A DNA stretch of 63,947 nt, the filler included, from Octopus bimaculoides (Eukaryota): assembly GCF_001194135.2 (NCBI RefSeq). It is 7 parts of 6 records of this genome, joined end to end, with 100 filler letters (N's around TTAATTAATTAA, not from the genome) between each part and the next. Parts side by side here need not be neighbours in the genome. Positions count along the whole stretch, not along the records: positions 38,680 to 50,201 come from NC_069002.1; positions 50,302 to 56,722 come from NC_068990.1; 5 more parts are not named here. One strand, given 5' to 3'. The notes under the pieces are model-generated. The model did not search any database. It was given only the letters and a program-made list of their open reading frames with translations, and was not told the DNA's origin. Each line of letters begins with the position of its first letter. Position 1 is the stretch's first letter. Shown here in pieces: positions 38,854 through 50,914 of this stretch. Both the position numbers and the translations under genes were made by a program.

Positions 38854-38920
<67 letters not shown>
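38680..38920 (+). mobile_element. R4/Dong-clade non-LTR retrotransposon 3' end with (TAA)n tail
   Basis: ALLGTAHILRKTLSIQ* (stop 38729-31), which matches the LLGTAHILRK C-terminus typical of R4/Dong, then a short 3' UTR and (TAA)n. Confidence 0.75.
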
Positions 38921-38921
<1 letters not shown>

Positions 38922-39100
38922 TTACAAGTATATATAACATACAGAAAATAGCACTACGAGGCACACATCCTACGTTAAACACTTTCAACACAGTGAAAAT
39001 AAGAACACCACAACAAACCACAGCACATACCCAAGACACACAGAGCTACGCTCGGTAGTGCAGCGAAAGCACGTGATAAAAATATGACTACTGAATAATA
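38921..39100 (+). mobile_element. Second 5'-truncated R4/Dong 3' end in tandem
   Basis: SIYNIQKIAL followed by a decayed, frameshifted GTAHILR-like segment, then a similar 3' UTR; starts exactly after the first copy's (TAA)n. Confidence 0.72.
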
Positions 39101-39425
39101 TTTCGTTTTTGTATTTGGTTTGCAAGATTCTTTATGTGAATCCTTGTGTTGAAGCATATCTTATTATGTCTGGGGAGAGTCATTCTCTTCTAGTGCCTTA
39201 TTCGATGACACATCTTGTCGTAATTGCTCGAAATGTGGAATAGATAAACAGCCAACAACTGATGAAGGGTCGTTTTTTATGTTACTTTCTTGTTTTCCAT
39301 TTGTTTCTTTCGTTGTTCGCAAAAATAAGTTCGTATTCCATGTTTTCGTATTTCGTATTTCATGTTGTTTACGTTTTATGACGTCCTGTACCAATGTATA
39401 CATATGTATATACATGTATACGTAA
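39101..39425 (+). mobile_element. Divergent family E element with a re-ordered hammerhead core (39209-39270)
   Basis: CACAT-C-TTGT..GCTC-GAAATGTG..ACAA-CTGATGA-AGGG. The 3' end ttttatgacgtcctgtacca is shared with other family E copies. Confidence 0.65.
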
Positions 39426-39994
39426 GTTTGTACATATATATATGTATATATGCCCTCTTCTGCTGGCGTCAATCTATGGGGGGCTTAAGATTTCCTCCTC
39501 TGCTTGCTTTTCCGTTGGGGTCTTGATGTTGGTGTTTGGTCATGTTTANNNNNNNNNNNNNNNNNNNNNNNNNNNNNNNNNNNNNNNNNNNNNNNNNNNN
39601 NNNNNNNNNNNNNNNNNNNNNNNNNNNNNNNNNNNNNNNNNNNNNNNNNNNNNNNNNNNNNNNNNNNNNNNNNNNNNNNNNNNNNNNNNNNNNNNNNNNN
39701 NNNNNNNNNNNNNNNNNNNNNNNNNNNNNNNNNNNNNNNNNNNNNNNNNNNNNNNNNNNNNNNNNNNNNNNNNNNNNNNNNNNNNNNNNNNNNNNNNNNN
39801 NNNNNNNNNNNNNNNNNNNNNNNNNNNNNNNNNNNNNNNNNNNNNNNNNNNNNNNNNNNNNNNNNNNNNNNNNNNNNNNNNNNNNNNNNNNNNNNNNNNN
39901 NNNNNNNNNNNNNNNNNNNNNNNNNNNNNNNNNNNNNNNNNNNNNNNNNNNNNNNNNNNNNNNNNNNNNNNNNNNNNNNNNNNNNTATAAACAC

Positions 39995-40043
<49 letters not shown>

Positions 40044-40326
40044 CTTAGGTAAACATAGGCACCCATATTTATATATATGTATGTATGAATGTATTTATGA
40101 ATGTATGTTTATATAATAATATAACAATGACGTAACTTGGTTCATAGAAAGAGACGCTGTTGATGCTGCTGTCTCCGTGTACCTAAGTTATCAAAATATA
40201 ATTCTGACCTTAGACAACAGACCAAAATAACTGCCGGCTGGCAAATATTTTCATTATATCTACTCAACAACCATATAGGTATGTGTAGACATGTGTATAA
40301 GTGTGTGTATGTGCGTGCGAGCGTGC

Positions 40327-40379
<53 letters not shown>

Positions 40380-40878
40380 TTATTTGATTTGTGAATTTTT
40401 ATTTTCTTTCTTTTATTTTTCTGTTTACATTTGGTTTCCAATTTAGTAACACCAACGCGACTCTCTTGGAAAAAAATGATATTAATGATAAAGAAATGGA
40501 AAATTTGTTAAATATTTGAGTTGAAGAGAAACCGAAATATGAAAACACAAAGAAGTTAAAAAGCATAAAAGATACTTCAAGTAAAGTATGACCAACCAGT
40601 TTAAACATGGCGGACCAAAGATCGGACGAGCTCTAAGCACTCACTATTGTCCTTGTAGTTTCATTTTTGGGCGTCCAATATTGAGCACATATACATGTGT
40701 GAATGTATGTATGTATGTATGTATGTATGTATGTATGTATGTATGTATGTATGTATGTATGCATGTATTTATGCATGTATGTGTGTGTATGTGAAAATGT
40801 ATGTGTGTGTATATATATATATGTATATATATACATATATAAATATATATATGTATGTGTGTGTATGTGTATATATTA

Positions 40879-41347
40879 TGTGGTAAGTAGCTTGCTTACC
40901 AACCACATGGTTCCGGGTTCAATTCCACTGCATGGCACCTTGGGCAAGTGTCTTCTACTATAGCTTCGGGGCAACCAAACCCTCGTGAGTGGATTTGGTA
41001 GATGGAANNNNNNNNNNCACCTTGGGCAAGTGTCTTCTACTATAGCTTCGGGGCAACCAAACCCTCGTGAGTGGATTTGGTAGATGGAAACTGAAAGAAG
41101 CCCGTCGTATATATGTATATATGTATGTATGTGCGTGTATATGTTTGTGTGTCTGTGTTTATCCTCCAACATCGCTTGACAACCGATGCTGTTGTGTTTA
41201 TGTCCCCGTAACTTAGCGGTTCGGCAAAATAGATCGATAGAATAAGTACTAGGTTTACAAAGAATAAGTCCTGGAGTTGCTTGACTAAAGGCGGTGCTCC
41301 AGCATGGCCGCAGTCAAATAACTGAAACAAGTAAAAGAGTAAAAGAG
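40879..41347 (+). mobile_element. Family A SINE (with artefactual duplication across a 10-N gap)
   Basis: Full head, core and tail. Confidence 0.9.
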
Positions 41348-41491
41348 ATATATGCATGTGTCATAAACACCTGTACTTTGTTTTTTGTTCTTTTTTTGTC
41401 ACTTTAGCTATGAATTACATTAATGAGTTCAACGGGATACACTGTCTGCAAGTAGTTGGGTTCAGCATATTATCCTCCATTTTCTAATCAA

Positions 41492-41538
<47 letters not shown>

Positions 41539-41684
41539 TTTCCATGATCGAAACTGCATTTACTGCAGTCTAAATCTTAACACACAACACGTGGGTACAA
41601 AAGATGGATGAGAATTATGCTTGACGGGATATTTCTGCGCGTGTGGGTGGATATTGGTCATCCGATGTCGCCGATCGTACGCAT

Positions 41685-41812
41685 AAAGCACAAAACGAAC
41701 TTTGTTTACAGACAACAGAACGAACACATAGGAAAACAGATGAGCCACTTATGGAATTTTTCCTTCATCAGCTGCCTCTATTCTAAACTAGGAGTTTCGA
41801 AGATGAGGCAGA
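41685..41812 (-). mobile_element. Family E element
   Basis: High similarity to 29595-29718. Confidence 0.8.
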
Positions 41813-41932
41813 TACACACATATATGTATTTATATTTGTATATATTTGTATTTGCAGCGTGTAGTGAGGCGTAAAGCCGACCCCTTCTTATAATTATGTA
41901 TACAATTATAAAATATTTTATACACACACAGA

Positions 41933-41996
<64 letters not shown>

Positions 41997-41997
41997 T
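41933..41997. repeat. (TGCG)n microsatellite
   Basis: Direct. Confidence 0.95.
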
Positions 41998-42537
41998 GAG
42001 CGTGTGTGCACTCACTGAGAATAATAAGCAGCAGAGAAACTGAAATTTTACTCGTGATTCATGATTTATTTTTGATAACTGTTTCTATGGGATAAAAATC
42101 ATCATTTCTATAATTACATAATTAACATGCATAATCAATTGATTTAATTTAGATGTTACAGGTTGCCCATCTTATCAAAAGAATACGGATATATATGTAC
42201 ATATAATACATATATATGTGTGTATGTGTGTGTGTGCGTGTTTGTGTGTGTGCGGGCGCGTGCATGCGTGTGTGTGTGGGTGTGTGCGTAGATAGATTGT
42301 TATATAGATAGAGAGAAAGGGAGAGATAGATAGATAGATAGATAGATAGATAACTAAATTTACATATACATATGTAAATTTACATATAGCTATACATACA
42401 TATATATATAGATACATGCATACATACATACATACACAAGCAACGGTATATGACACGGCATTCCAGTCATAACAAACGCCTCATTATATAGAATATTTGC
42501 CGAGATACGCGGCATTGCTCGGGATTAAAATGTTATG

Positions 42538-42700
42538 TGACTGCAGCCATGCTGGAGCACTTCTTTAGTCGAACAAATCGACGCCAGGATTTATTCATTA
42601 TAAGCCTAGCACTTATTCTATCATTTACTTTTGCCGAACCGCTAGGTTACGGGTACGTGAACACACCAACATCAGTTGTCAAGCGATGGTGGGGCTACAA
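42538..42700 (-). mobile_element. Family A SINE, 3' half
   Basis: gactgcagccatgctggagcac..gccgaaccgctaggttacggg..gttgtcaagcgatggt. Confidence 0.85.
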
Positions 42701-42773
42701 ACACAGACACACTCATACACAGACACACACACATACACAAATACATACAAACACACACACGCACGCACACACG

Positions 42774-42866
<93 letters not shown>

Positions 42867-42955
42867 ATATATATATATGGGAGAATTTACGAAAAAAACA
42901 ACAGACGAAGACGGGTGCTGTAAATAACAAATGGGTGTATTAGTTTAACGCTCGG

Positions 42956-42995
<40 letters not shown>

Positions 42996-43019
42996 ATAAC
43001 TTCGTAAAACCGAAAGGCA

Positions 43020-43300
43020 ATTTCGTTAAACCGAAGAGCAATAATAAAAATAGGACTGCAGCTGGAAGTGCTCTAATCCTATCACGTTGGCATCGTATAT
43101 TCAAGATTTGAAGAGGAGGAATATGAGCTTTACTACTGAATGGTCAGTCCTGTCCGAGGCCCCCCCACTTTAACGCTAACTCAAACAGATGTAGATTATG
43201 CCTAAGGGAATCATACTTGATTCTTAAATGTTTTGGACCAAAACTCCTTAATAAATGTAGTCCCTTTTTGTAACCATAGGTTTTTTTCAACCTTCTTGAG
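43020..43300 (+). mobile_element. Penelope-like GIY-YIG C-terminal remnant
   Basis: TLASYIQDLKRRNMSFTTEWSVLSEAP / NSNRCRLCLRESYLILK..LLNKCS, the same domain type as 63361-63620. Confidence 0.65.
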
Positions 43301-43737
43301 CAGATACAAAAATGAGGGTAAAATTAAAATGAGAATCCTCGCTTGAATCAACTGACTTCTTATTTTAACTTGTTTATCTTAACTTGTCTAATTTAACTTG
43401 TCTGCAGTTGAACAATGTAATAACCAGAATAACAACTAGAAACGTGATGAAAAGGTGTTGCCGTTGGATTTCCTTAATGGATTGTACGAAAAATATGAAT
43501 ATTACCTTATTCGTCCACAGTCATTCGAATTTGAGGTATAAAATTGTTTCAAAACATGCTAAACTTCCTTATCAAGTTTCAACATGCTCATGCCTTGCGG
43601 CAAATTCAAATATACATGTATAAAAAAGTGAGGGAAACAGAAACGACTATTTGCTTGCATGTTGAAAAATGGGTGCTTTAACGAAACATCTATAGTTATA
43701 CCTCGATACGAAAAAAGCTGTATCAGCGAACGTACAT

Positions 43738-43778
<41 letters not shown>

Positions 43779-44189
43779 NNNNNNNNNNNNNNNNNNNNNN
43801 NNNNNNNNNNNNNNNNNNNNNNNNNNNNNNNNNNNNNNNNNNNNNNNNNNNNNNNNNNNNNNNNNNNNNNNNNNNNNNNNNNNNNNNNNNNNNNNNNNNN
43901 NNNNNNNNNNNNNNNNNNNNNNNNNNNNNNNNNNNNNNNNNNNNNNNNNNNNNNNNNNNNNNNNNNNNNNNNNNNNNNNNNNNNNNNNNNNNNNNNNNNN
44001 NNNNNNNNNNNNNNNNNNNNNNNNNNNNNNNNNNNNNNNNNNNNNNNNNNNNNNNNNNNNNNNNNNNNNNNNNNNNNNNNNNNNNNNNNNNNNNNNNNNN
44101 NNNNNNNNNNNNNNNNNNNNNNNNNNNNNNNNNNNNNNNNNNNNNNNNNNNNNNNNNNNNNNNNTATATATATATATATATATATATCG

Positions 44190-46600
44190 AATTTCAAATT
44201 GGGGACATCAGGGATGTGATGGCGTCTCGTATAAAATTTGCAAATATTGCAATCGTCTGCGACAGAAGCTCTTTCTCCTACTCCGACAGCTGTCGCACGA
44301 AGAGACTCTAGTAGAGGATGGGTGTAAAGCAGAAAGCATATACCTACCGTAGGAGGCCAATGTAGAGACTTAGATGCGTTGAACACTGTTTTTCGATTCG
44401 GAAAGCGATCCAGGATGCCAAACAGAACAAGTGAAGTCTGAACGTGGTATGGCTTGACCTAGCTAATGCATATGGCTCAGTGCCACACGAATTACTGATA
44501 AGAGCCATGGACCATTCCACATTCCAGACAAAGTGGCCAAAATAATGAGGATATATTATGACAGTTTCGAGATGAGGTTTAGAGCTGGAGATTTTACAAC
44601 AGGTTGGCACCGATTGGAGATTGGCATTGCTGCTGGTTGTACAATATTTTGTCACATGGTTTATCTTTTTCATAGAGATGATTTTGACAGCCGTGGATTT
44701 TTCGGAACAAATCGCCCATATACAATCGCCTGAGAGAGCCTTCATGGATGACGTGACACTTCTATCTACAGATAAGCAAATCATGCAGAATGCCCTCTTG
44801 AAACTAGACGAGTTTGTGAGGTGGTCAAGGATGCGGTTTAGAGCAGAAACGTCGCGTAGTCTGACATTTTTAAGGGAGTGCAGAAAGAATTTAAGTTTCG
44901 AATAGGTGAAAAAAGCATTTCAACAGTCGAAGAAGAACCCGTCAAGAGCTTGGGGCGAGTATATGCTGAAACATTTTCAGATAGAAGTCACGGAATGGAA
45001 ATTATGAAACAAGCCGAGGTTGGATTATCAGCGTTTAATAACTCAAAGTTACCAGATAAATATAAAATTTGGTGCTTGTAGTTCTGCTTGTATCCGCGAC
45101 TTTCGTGGCCACTTTTAATATACGAGGTAGCATTGTCACGAGTTCAGATCATTGAGCAAAAATGTAATGTGTTCATTAGAAAGTGGCTAAGCCTACCTCA
45201 GATGTTGAACAGTTCAGTTCTTTATCGTAAAAGAAGCTCGTTGCAGTTACCACAGATGTCAAAATTCGAAATAAAAAACTGGGGAACGTACAAACGGTGA
45301 TGATGTTGAGAGAGTCGAAGGACATGGGAATCAGGCGTCACCCACAAGAGGTGAAAACGGCCAGGAAGGGGAAAGCAGAACCCGAGACTGATGATGACAT
45401 CTTATCTCCTCTTACAAACCGAGATATGGTGGGTGCAACGCAAAATCATCGGAAGGGACTTGGTTTTGGCGCAGATCAGTTCAGACCGTTTGCAAGTTTG
45501 ATGCGAAGCGAACGCAGATCTGTTGTTAGCAACAGCGTCAAAACGAGGGAAGCAGAGAGAAGAGAGCTTCATTTGATCCAATGTATTCAACAAGAACAGA
45601 TGACGAGATGGAAGGAAAATAGGTTGGGATGTGATATCGAGGTGGGCCACATCTCGGCTAAGTTTTCTGATTCGTTCATCCTATGATGTTTTGCCATCAC
45701 CTACAAATCTAGAGATGAAACGTCTCAGAGAATGATATATACAAATGCGCAAAGGTCGGAAGACTGAAATATATTCTGTCCAACTGTTCATTAGCATTGA
45801 ACAGGCATACATGGAGACACAACCTGGTCCTTAGGTTATTTTCAATGCTATAAAGAACCAACTTGATCTCAACAACAGTGAAAAACCATTGAAAGTACTA
45901 ACTAGAGATTTCATTACCTTCGTGTACAGCGGATTCGTTTCAAGAAGAATAACAACAAACTTCCTGTGAGCGAGGAAAAGTGGAACGGTTATTGGAAGGT
46001 GACTACAGATTTACCAGAGAGCCAGGGACTCTTTCCCATTCCAGTTATGAAAAAACCGGACATTTTAATGTGGTGTGAAGAAAAGAAAGTTGTGAATCTA
46101 GTCGAGTTAGACTAGATAACATGGACACCGCTCGGGCTTGAAAGATTGACCGTTATGTAAACCTCCTCGAGGAATGTGAAGACGCAGGCTAGAAAGCGGA
46201 GCATTTTTCAATCGAAGTCGGATGTAGAGGGTTTGTTGGACACAGTGTGAGATGACTGTTGTTATCGTTAGGCCTAACTCATCGTAAAGTAAATACCACC
46301 ATGACCGATATCCAAACTACAGTGGAGAAATCTAGCCACTGGATTTGGTTAAAAAGAGACGATGAGCGATGGGTAGAGGAATAATGAGCTATATTTAATG
46401 ACCAGTTGATCTAGCAAGCGGGACCTCATATCAGTGAGGGGGTGGGGGCGGTGCACATTGATGTCGTCGAGAGGTAGGCTCCTCTCGGTGCGCATTCTCT
46501 CCTGATGTCCCCATACACTTGCTGGCTTCCGGTATGCGGAGTTCTCGACTGGTAGCACTTGCATGTGCAAGTTATTTGCACATGCTAAACTTAAATATGC
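44190..46600 (+). mobile_element. HERO-like RLE-type non-LTR retrotransposon, 5'-truncated and decayed (RT + restriction-like endonuclease + 3' UTR)
   Basis: VWLDLANAYGSVPH; FTTGWHRLEIGIAAGC; AFMDDVT; PVKSLGR; YPRLSWPLLIYEV; WRHNLVL; KPDILMW..LVEL; IEVGCRGFVG..SSHWIWLKRDDERW* (stop about 46383). Confidence 0.88.
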
Positions 46601-46719
46601 TACCGTTGATATCGCCCACTTCTCTTAATTTCTCTAAATCACAACTGTCCACCTTACGTAACTTCAGTTACATTGATTCTGGCTAAGGGAAAGAATTCTG
46701 CTCGCATGAAATGACCACC

Positions 46720-46975
46720 TGAGATTAAACCCCTCAACAATACTTTATGAACAGGCCACCGATATCACAGCTACTCAGCTAGAAAATATCATGAAAACTA
46801 TCCAAACATATCTAACCACAAACGATTTCCCAATAAAATTAAACAAAATTTTGCCTCAAGAAACAGCAAACGTTTATTCATCTGTCATCTCATTAAGACA
46901 CACAAACCCGAACACTAGACAAAAAAAAAAATAGAATGACACCCATCGTCTCTGGAATAGAAGAATCCTCATTCA
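46720..46975 (+). mobile_element. Decayed Penelope-like RT N-terminal fragment
   Basis: HLIKTHKP and MTPIVSG in adjacent frames resemble the PLE LPKIHKP..RPIVSG motif. Confidence 0.45.
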
Positions 46976-47600
46976 CTATAATCTGACTTCTGTCTTAAAT
47001 CAGCACCCAAGCCAATACTTCACATTTTTCCCCTAACGATTCTACTTCTACAGCCTACACCGCCCTTGTGCCAACAGCCATGTGCCATCACCTTCTAGTT
47101 GTTGTAAATAACCGACTTTTATTATGGTAGCCTTTCCTACAAACAGATATTGAGCTTTTCCATAGGATTGAATGGTTCAGCTTTGGTCGACATTAGGCAG
47201 AGGGATCAGCCAGAACACCTAAAATAGCTATACTTGTACATTGTTCTCCATATAAGTAGATGATAACATTTTATGTATGTATGTATGTATGTATGTATGT
47301 ATGTGTGTATGTATGTATGTATATATATATATANNNNNNNNNNNNNNNNNNNNNNNNNNNNNNNNNNNNNNNNNNNNNNNNNNNNNNNNNNNNNNNNNNN
47401 NNNNNNNNNNNNNNNNNNNNNNNNNNNNNNNNNNNNNNNNNNNNNNNNNNNNNNNNNNNNNNNNNNNNNNNNNNNNNNNNNNNNNNNNNNNNNNNNNNNN
47501 NNNNNNNNNNNNNNNNNNNNNNNNNNNNNNNNNNNNNNNNNNNNNNNNNNNNNNNNNNNNNNNNNNNNNNNNNNNNNNNNNNNNNNNNNNNNNNNNNNNA

Positions 47601-47764
47601 ATTTATTATTAATCCCGAGAGTTGTTTCGACACATCTCGCATCGATTCCTCATGGGTGGAACACTCAACAATTGGTTCAGGAGCATCCGGCGGTGCAGTT
47701 GTATCTCGTCGGGTGATAAATAGACACAGCTCGTTAAAATACCTGTTCTGCAATGTAACTTCCC
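47601..47764 (-). repeat. Left arm of an inverted duplication; decayed hammerhead (core CCGACGA)
   Basis: Approximate reverse complement of 47871-48033. Confidence 0.85.
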
Positions 47765-47917
47765 ATTGATTGCGTGTTTGTTTCTCTTTTTGCCATCTGT
47801 GATTTTATGTTTGATCTTCTATATAAATGAAGATATATCCTCCGTCTGGTTGCTTTTCTTTGTACAAAACGGGAAGTTACAGTGTGGAACAGTTATTTTA
47901 ACGAGTTTTATTTATCT

Positions 47918-48023
47918 ATCACCTGACGAGATACACCTGCACCGCTGGATGCTCCTGAATCAGTTGTTGGGTGTCCCACCTTTGTGGAATCGATGCTAGA
48001 AGTGTCGAAACAATTGTCGTGAT
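47918..48023 (+). ncRNA. Type I hammerhead ribozyme candidate with extended stem II
   Basis: ATCAC(47918-22)/GTGAT(48019-23); CTGACGA 47923-29; GATAC/GTGTC; GAAA 48007-10; palindromic ACAATTGT 48010-17; C17 = 48018. Confidence 0.8.
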
Positions 48024-48282
48024 TAATAATAAACTCTCGTATATTTCTTCTTCCGTCTTTCATTTGCCATATACATCACGATCACTGTGAAAGTCACCGT
48101 GCTTTACCAGTAAGCTACCAGGTGTAAACCATTCGTTTTATTCTCCATTATATCATATCGATATATCGATCAACTCTTCCCAGATTACTGGGTTTTATAT
48201 CAGATTGCACTTTATAAGATATATTTTAATATACTTAGCAACTCTTACATTATGATATACATGTATCAGTGTATGTAGACAG

Positions 48283-48388
<106 letters not shown>

Positions 48389-48975
48389 GTGTGTATGTGT
48401 GTGTGTGTGTAAAAGTGTGTGCAGATGAATATAGGTGTAATAATGACCACCACAACACACATATGTATGCGAGCATTCATGAATATACATACTCAAGCAC
48501 ACACACACACATGCACGCACGCACGCACACATATATACTTACTAGATAAGTAATACCATATTTAATAGACGGAATATTAAAAAGCTTGAGTATGATACTC
48601 TACTTTCTGATTACTAACATTAAATTGTTCATTTAATATTCGTCACTGTGGGCGACAACTCTGCAGGTATTTCTACTCTTTCAATCGCTCTTTTCTGAGA
48701 ATTAATCAACAACTGAACACAATATAAATAAAGTGCGTAGGTACACAAAAAGACAACAAAATAAATGAAACACTCAGAACCATTTGATATCTCACGTTTT
48801 CATCTCTTTCATATCGTTTCAAATCTTTATACAATCTCCAATTCTTGCTCACGCACGTTTTATATTAAGTCCAACATTTATTCATTAAGCACTTTGGGTT
48901 GCGGTTAAAGATTAATTTTTATATACGTGTATATGTTGTGTGTTTGTATGTGTGTATGTGCGCGCGCACGCGTGA

Positions 48976-49019
<44 letters not shown>

Positions 49020-50128
49020 ATGTGTGTATGTATGCGTGTGTGTGTGTGTGTGTGCGTGTGTAAAACTGATGAATCACTACATAGTTAGTTGAAATGTTGC
49101 AAGATACGCTCTCACTGCACACACATACACACAGATAGACAAACAGAAGATAGACAGACAGATAGATAGATAGATATAAACAAGCGTCAAAAATGTGTGT
49201 GTGTATGTGTATGTGTGTGTGCGTGTGGGTGCGAGTGTGTGCGAATGTGCGTGTGTGTGCGTGTGCGTGTGTGTGCAAGCAGCGAGGAGTAACTGTTAGT
49301 TTTAAGACATGTATGAAACACATATGAACCACATACTGTCTAGCTGCCCTTGGGCGCTGGGTGAAGACAGATACAAGTGGGGACAGGACAAGGTCTTTAC
49401 ATAAATTAATAAGTGGACGGACCAGCAGAGAGTTCAGGCCAAGATGCAGAAGGTGCTGCCATCCAAATATTTCAAATTCCTAAGAAAAGTTGATAAGATT
49501 CCCAAAGGAAAGCAACTGTGGCGACCCATATTCTCGTTTAGATCAAACCGCTGACTGCGAAGTGGATCAAAACCGAAGCCATATCTTTCTGAATTAGGTG
49601 ACAGTAACATCGCCCCAACCATTCACGGTTCTTCTATTCAGTATCACAAAAACCATCTCTAGAAGAAAAATTTGACTTTTCTCACCAGCTAAAGAAAAAT
49701 AGACATAAAACCTTTATTGATGAGGATCTCTCTGGTCAAAGGATGGCATGCAGACTCATTTGTGTTGAAGACATAAACTGCGATTCCTCAACGAAATCAT
49801 TGTCATAATTCTTGCGCAGGAAATCGATTGGAACCCGAACAACAGAATAAAGCCATTTAGGAAAATAGCTATGGCATGTTGTTGGAGACCACAGATGGAA
49901 CTCTTCTGCAGGTAAGGGTCAACTCAATTCTTGCTGCCCTACTTAAATGAAGCATACAGGATAAAGAGAGAAATGCCTATGAGCATCAAATACCTAATGA
50001 AAATCTAGAAGGATTTTCAACAAAGTGAAGACATTAAACCGCATCAAGAACAAGAAGATCTTGCTCCATCTCTAACGAGTTCTGGCAGTTACCGCTTGGA
50101 ACAAATCATCTCTGATAATTAATTCGCC

Positions 50129-50201
<73 letters not shown>

Positions 50202-50301
50202 NNNNNNNNNNNNNNNNNNNNNNNNNNNNNNNNNNNNNNNNNNNNTTAATTAATTAANNNNNNNNNNNNNNNNNNNNNNNNNNNNNNNNNNNNNNNNNNN
50301 N
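50202..50301. other. Artificial linker N44-TTAATTAATTAA-N44
   Basis: Direct. Confidence 0.9.
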
Positions 50302-50914
50302 ATATATATATATATATATATATATAATAAAATACTATAAAACATTAAATATATCATAATATAGGTGGTCGTTACCAATGAAAAGCTAAAGGCATCTTAA
50401 TAAGCAAGGGTACAAATTAATACCGGCATTACGAGAAATAAGAGTCAAAAACGAGTCGAGTGGCCACACAAAGCACTAACCGCATGAATTCGTGAAAAGC
50501 GAGAGATCGAGCTAAAGCACCTTTCTATGGTGAGATAAACTCACAAACTGAACTAAACAGATATATCCTTACTACGTGATTTCAAACTCTGATCATTATA
50601 ATCTTAGTTCTCATCAGCGAGATCTTCTGATGAAGACCTCGCTGATAGTCCGGATTAAAAGGATAGCTCGCCTCTTTCAACTCATGAGAAAAACCGTTGA
50701 AAGCTAGCTCTAGTTCAAACGGTCGAAGTGTATAGTATAAATACAATAAAATACTATGATATATTAAATATATTATAATAGTGTCAATTAAAACCCAATG
50801 GCATGTTGATAAAGAAAAAATCAAAAACGATTCGAGTAGCCACACAAAGCATTAACCTCATGAACTGACGAGCGGCGATGCTCAACGAACGAGATCCCAC
50901 GCGATTCTCCTGAT

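Noticed and set aside
38680-39100. Repeat-spacer or CRISPR-like array reading of the duplicated units
   Set aside because: Only two long diverged units encoding a retrotransposon C-terminus; eukaryotic context and no cas genes.
40938-41087. Second apparent internal SINE duplication
   Set aside because: Same 10-N overlap artefact.
49820-49911. Possible 92-nt exon (cag/G..CAG/gtaagg; EIDWNPNNRIKPFRKIAMACCW)
   Set aside because: Splice-like sites and an open frame, but no recognisable protein or partner exons; needs RNA-seq.
50610-50660. CTGATGA-A-GAC..GTC
   Set aside because: No GAAA follows; the motif is the loop of a simple hairpin (ATCAGCGAG/CTCGCTGAT).
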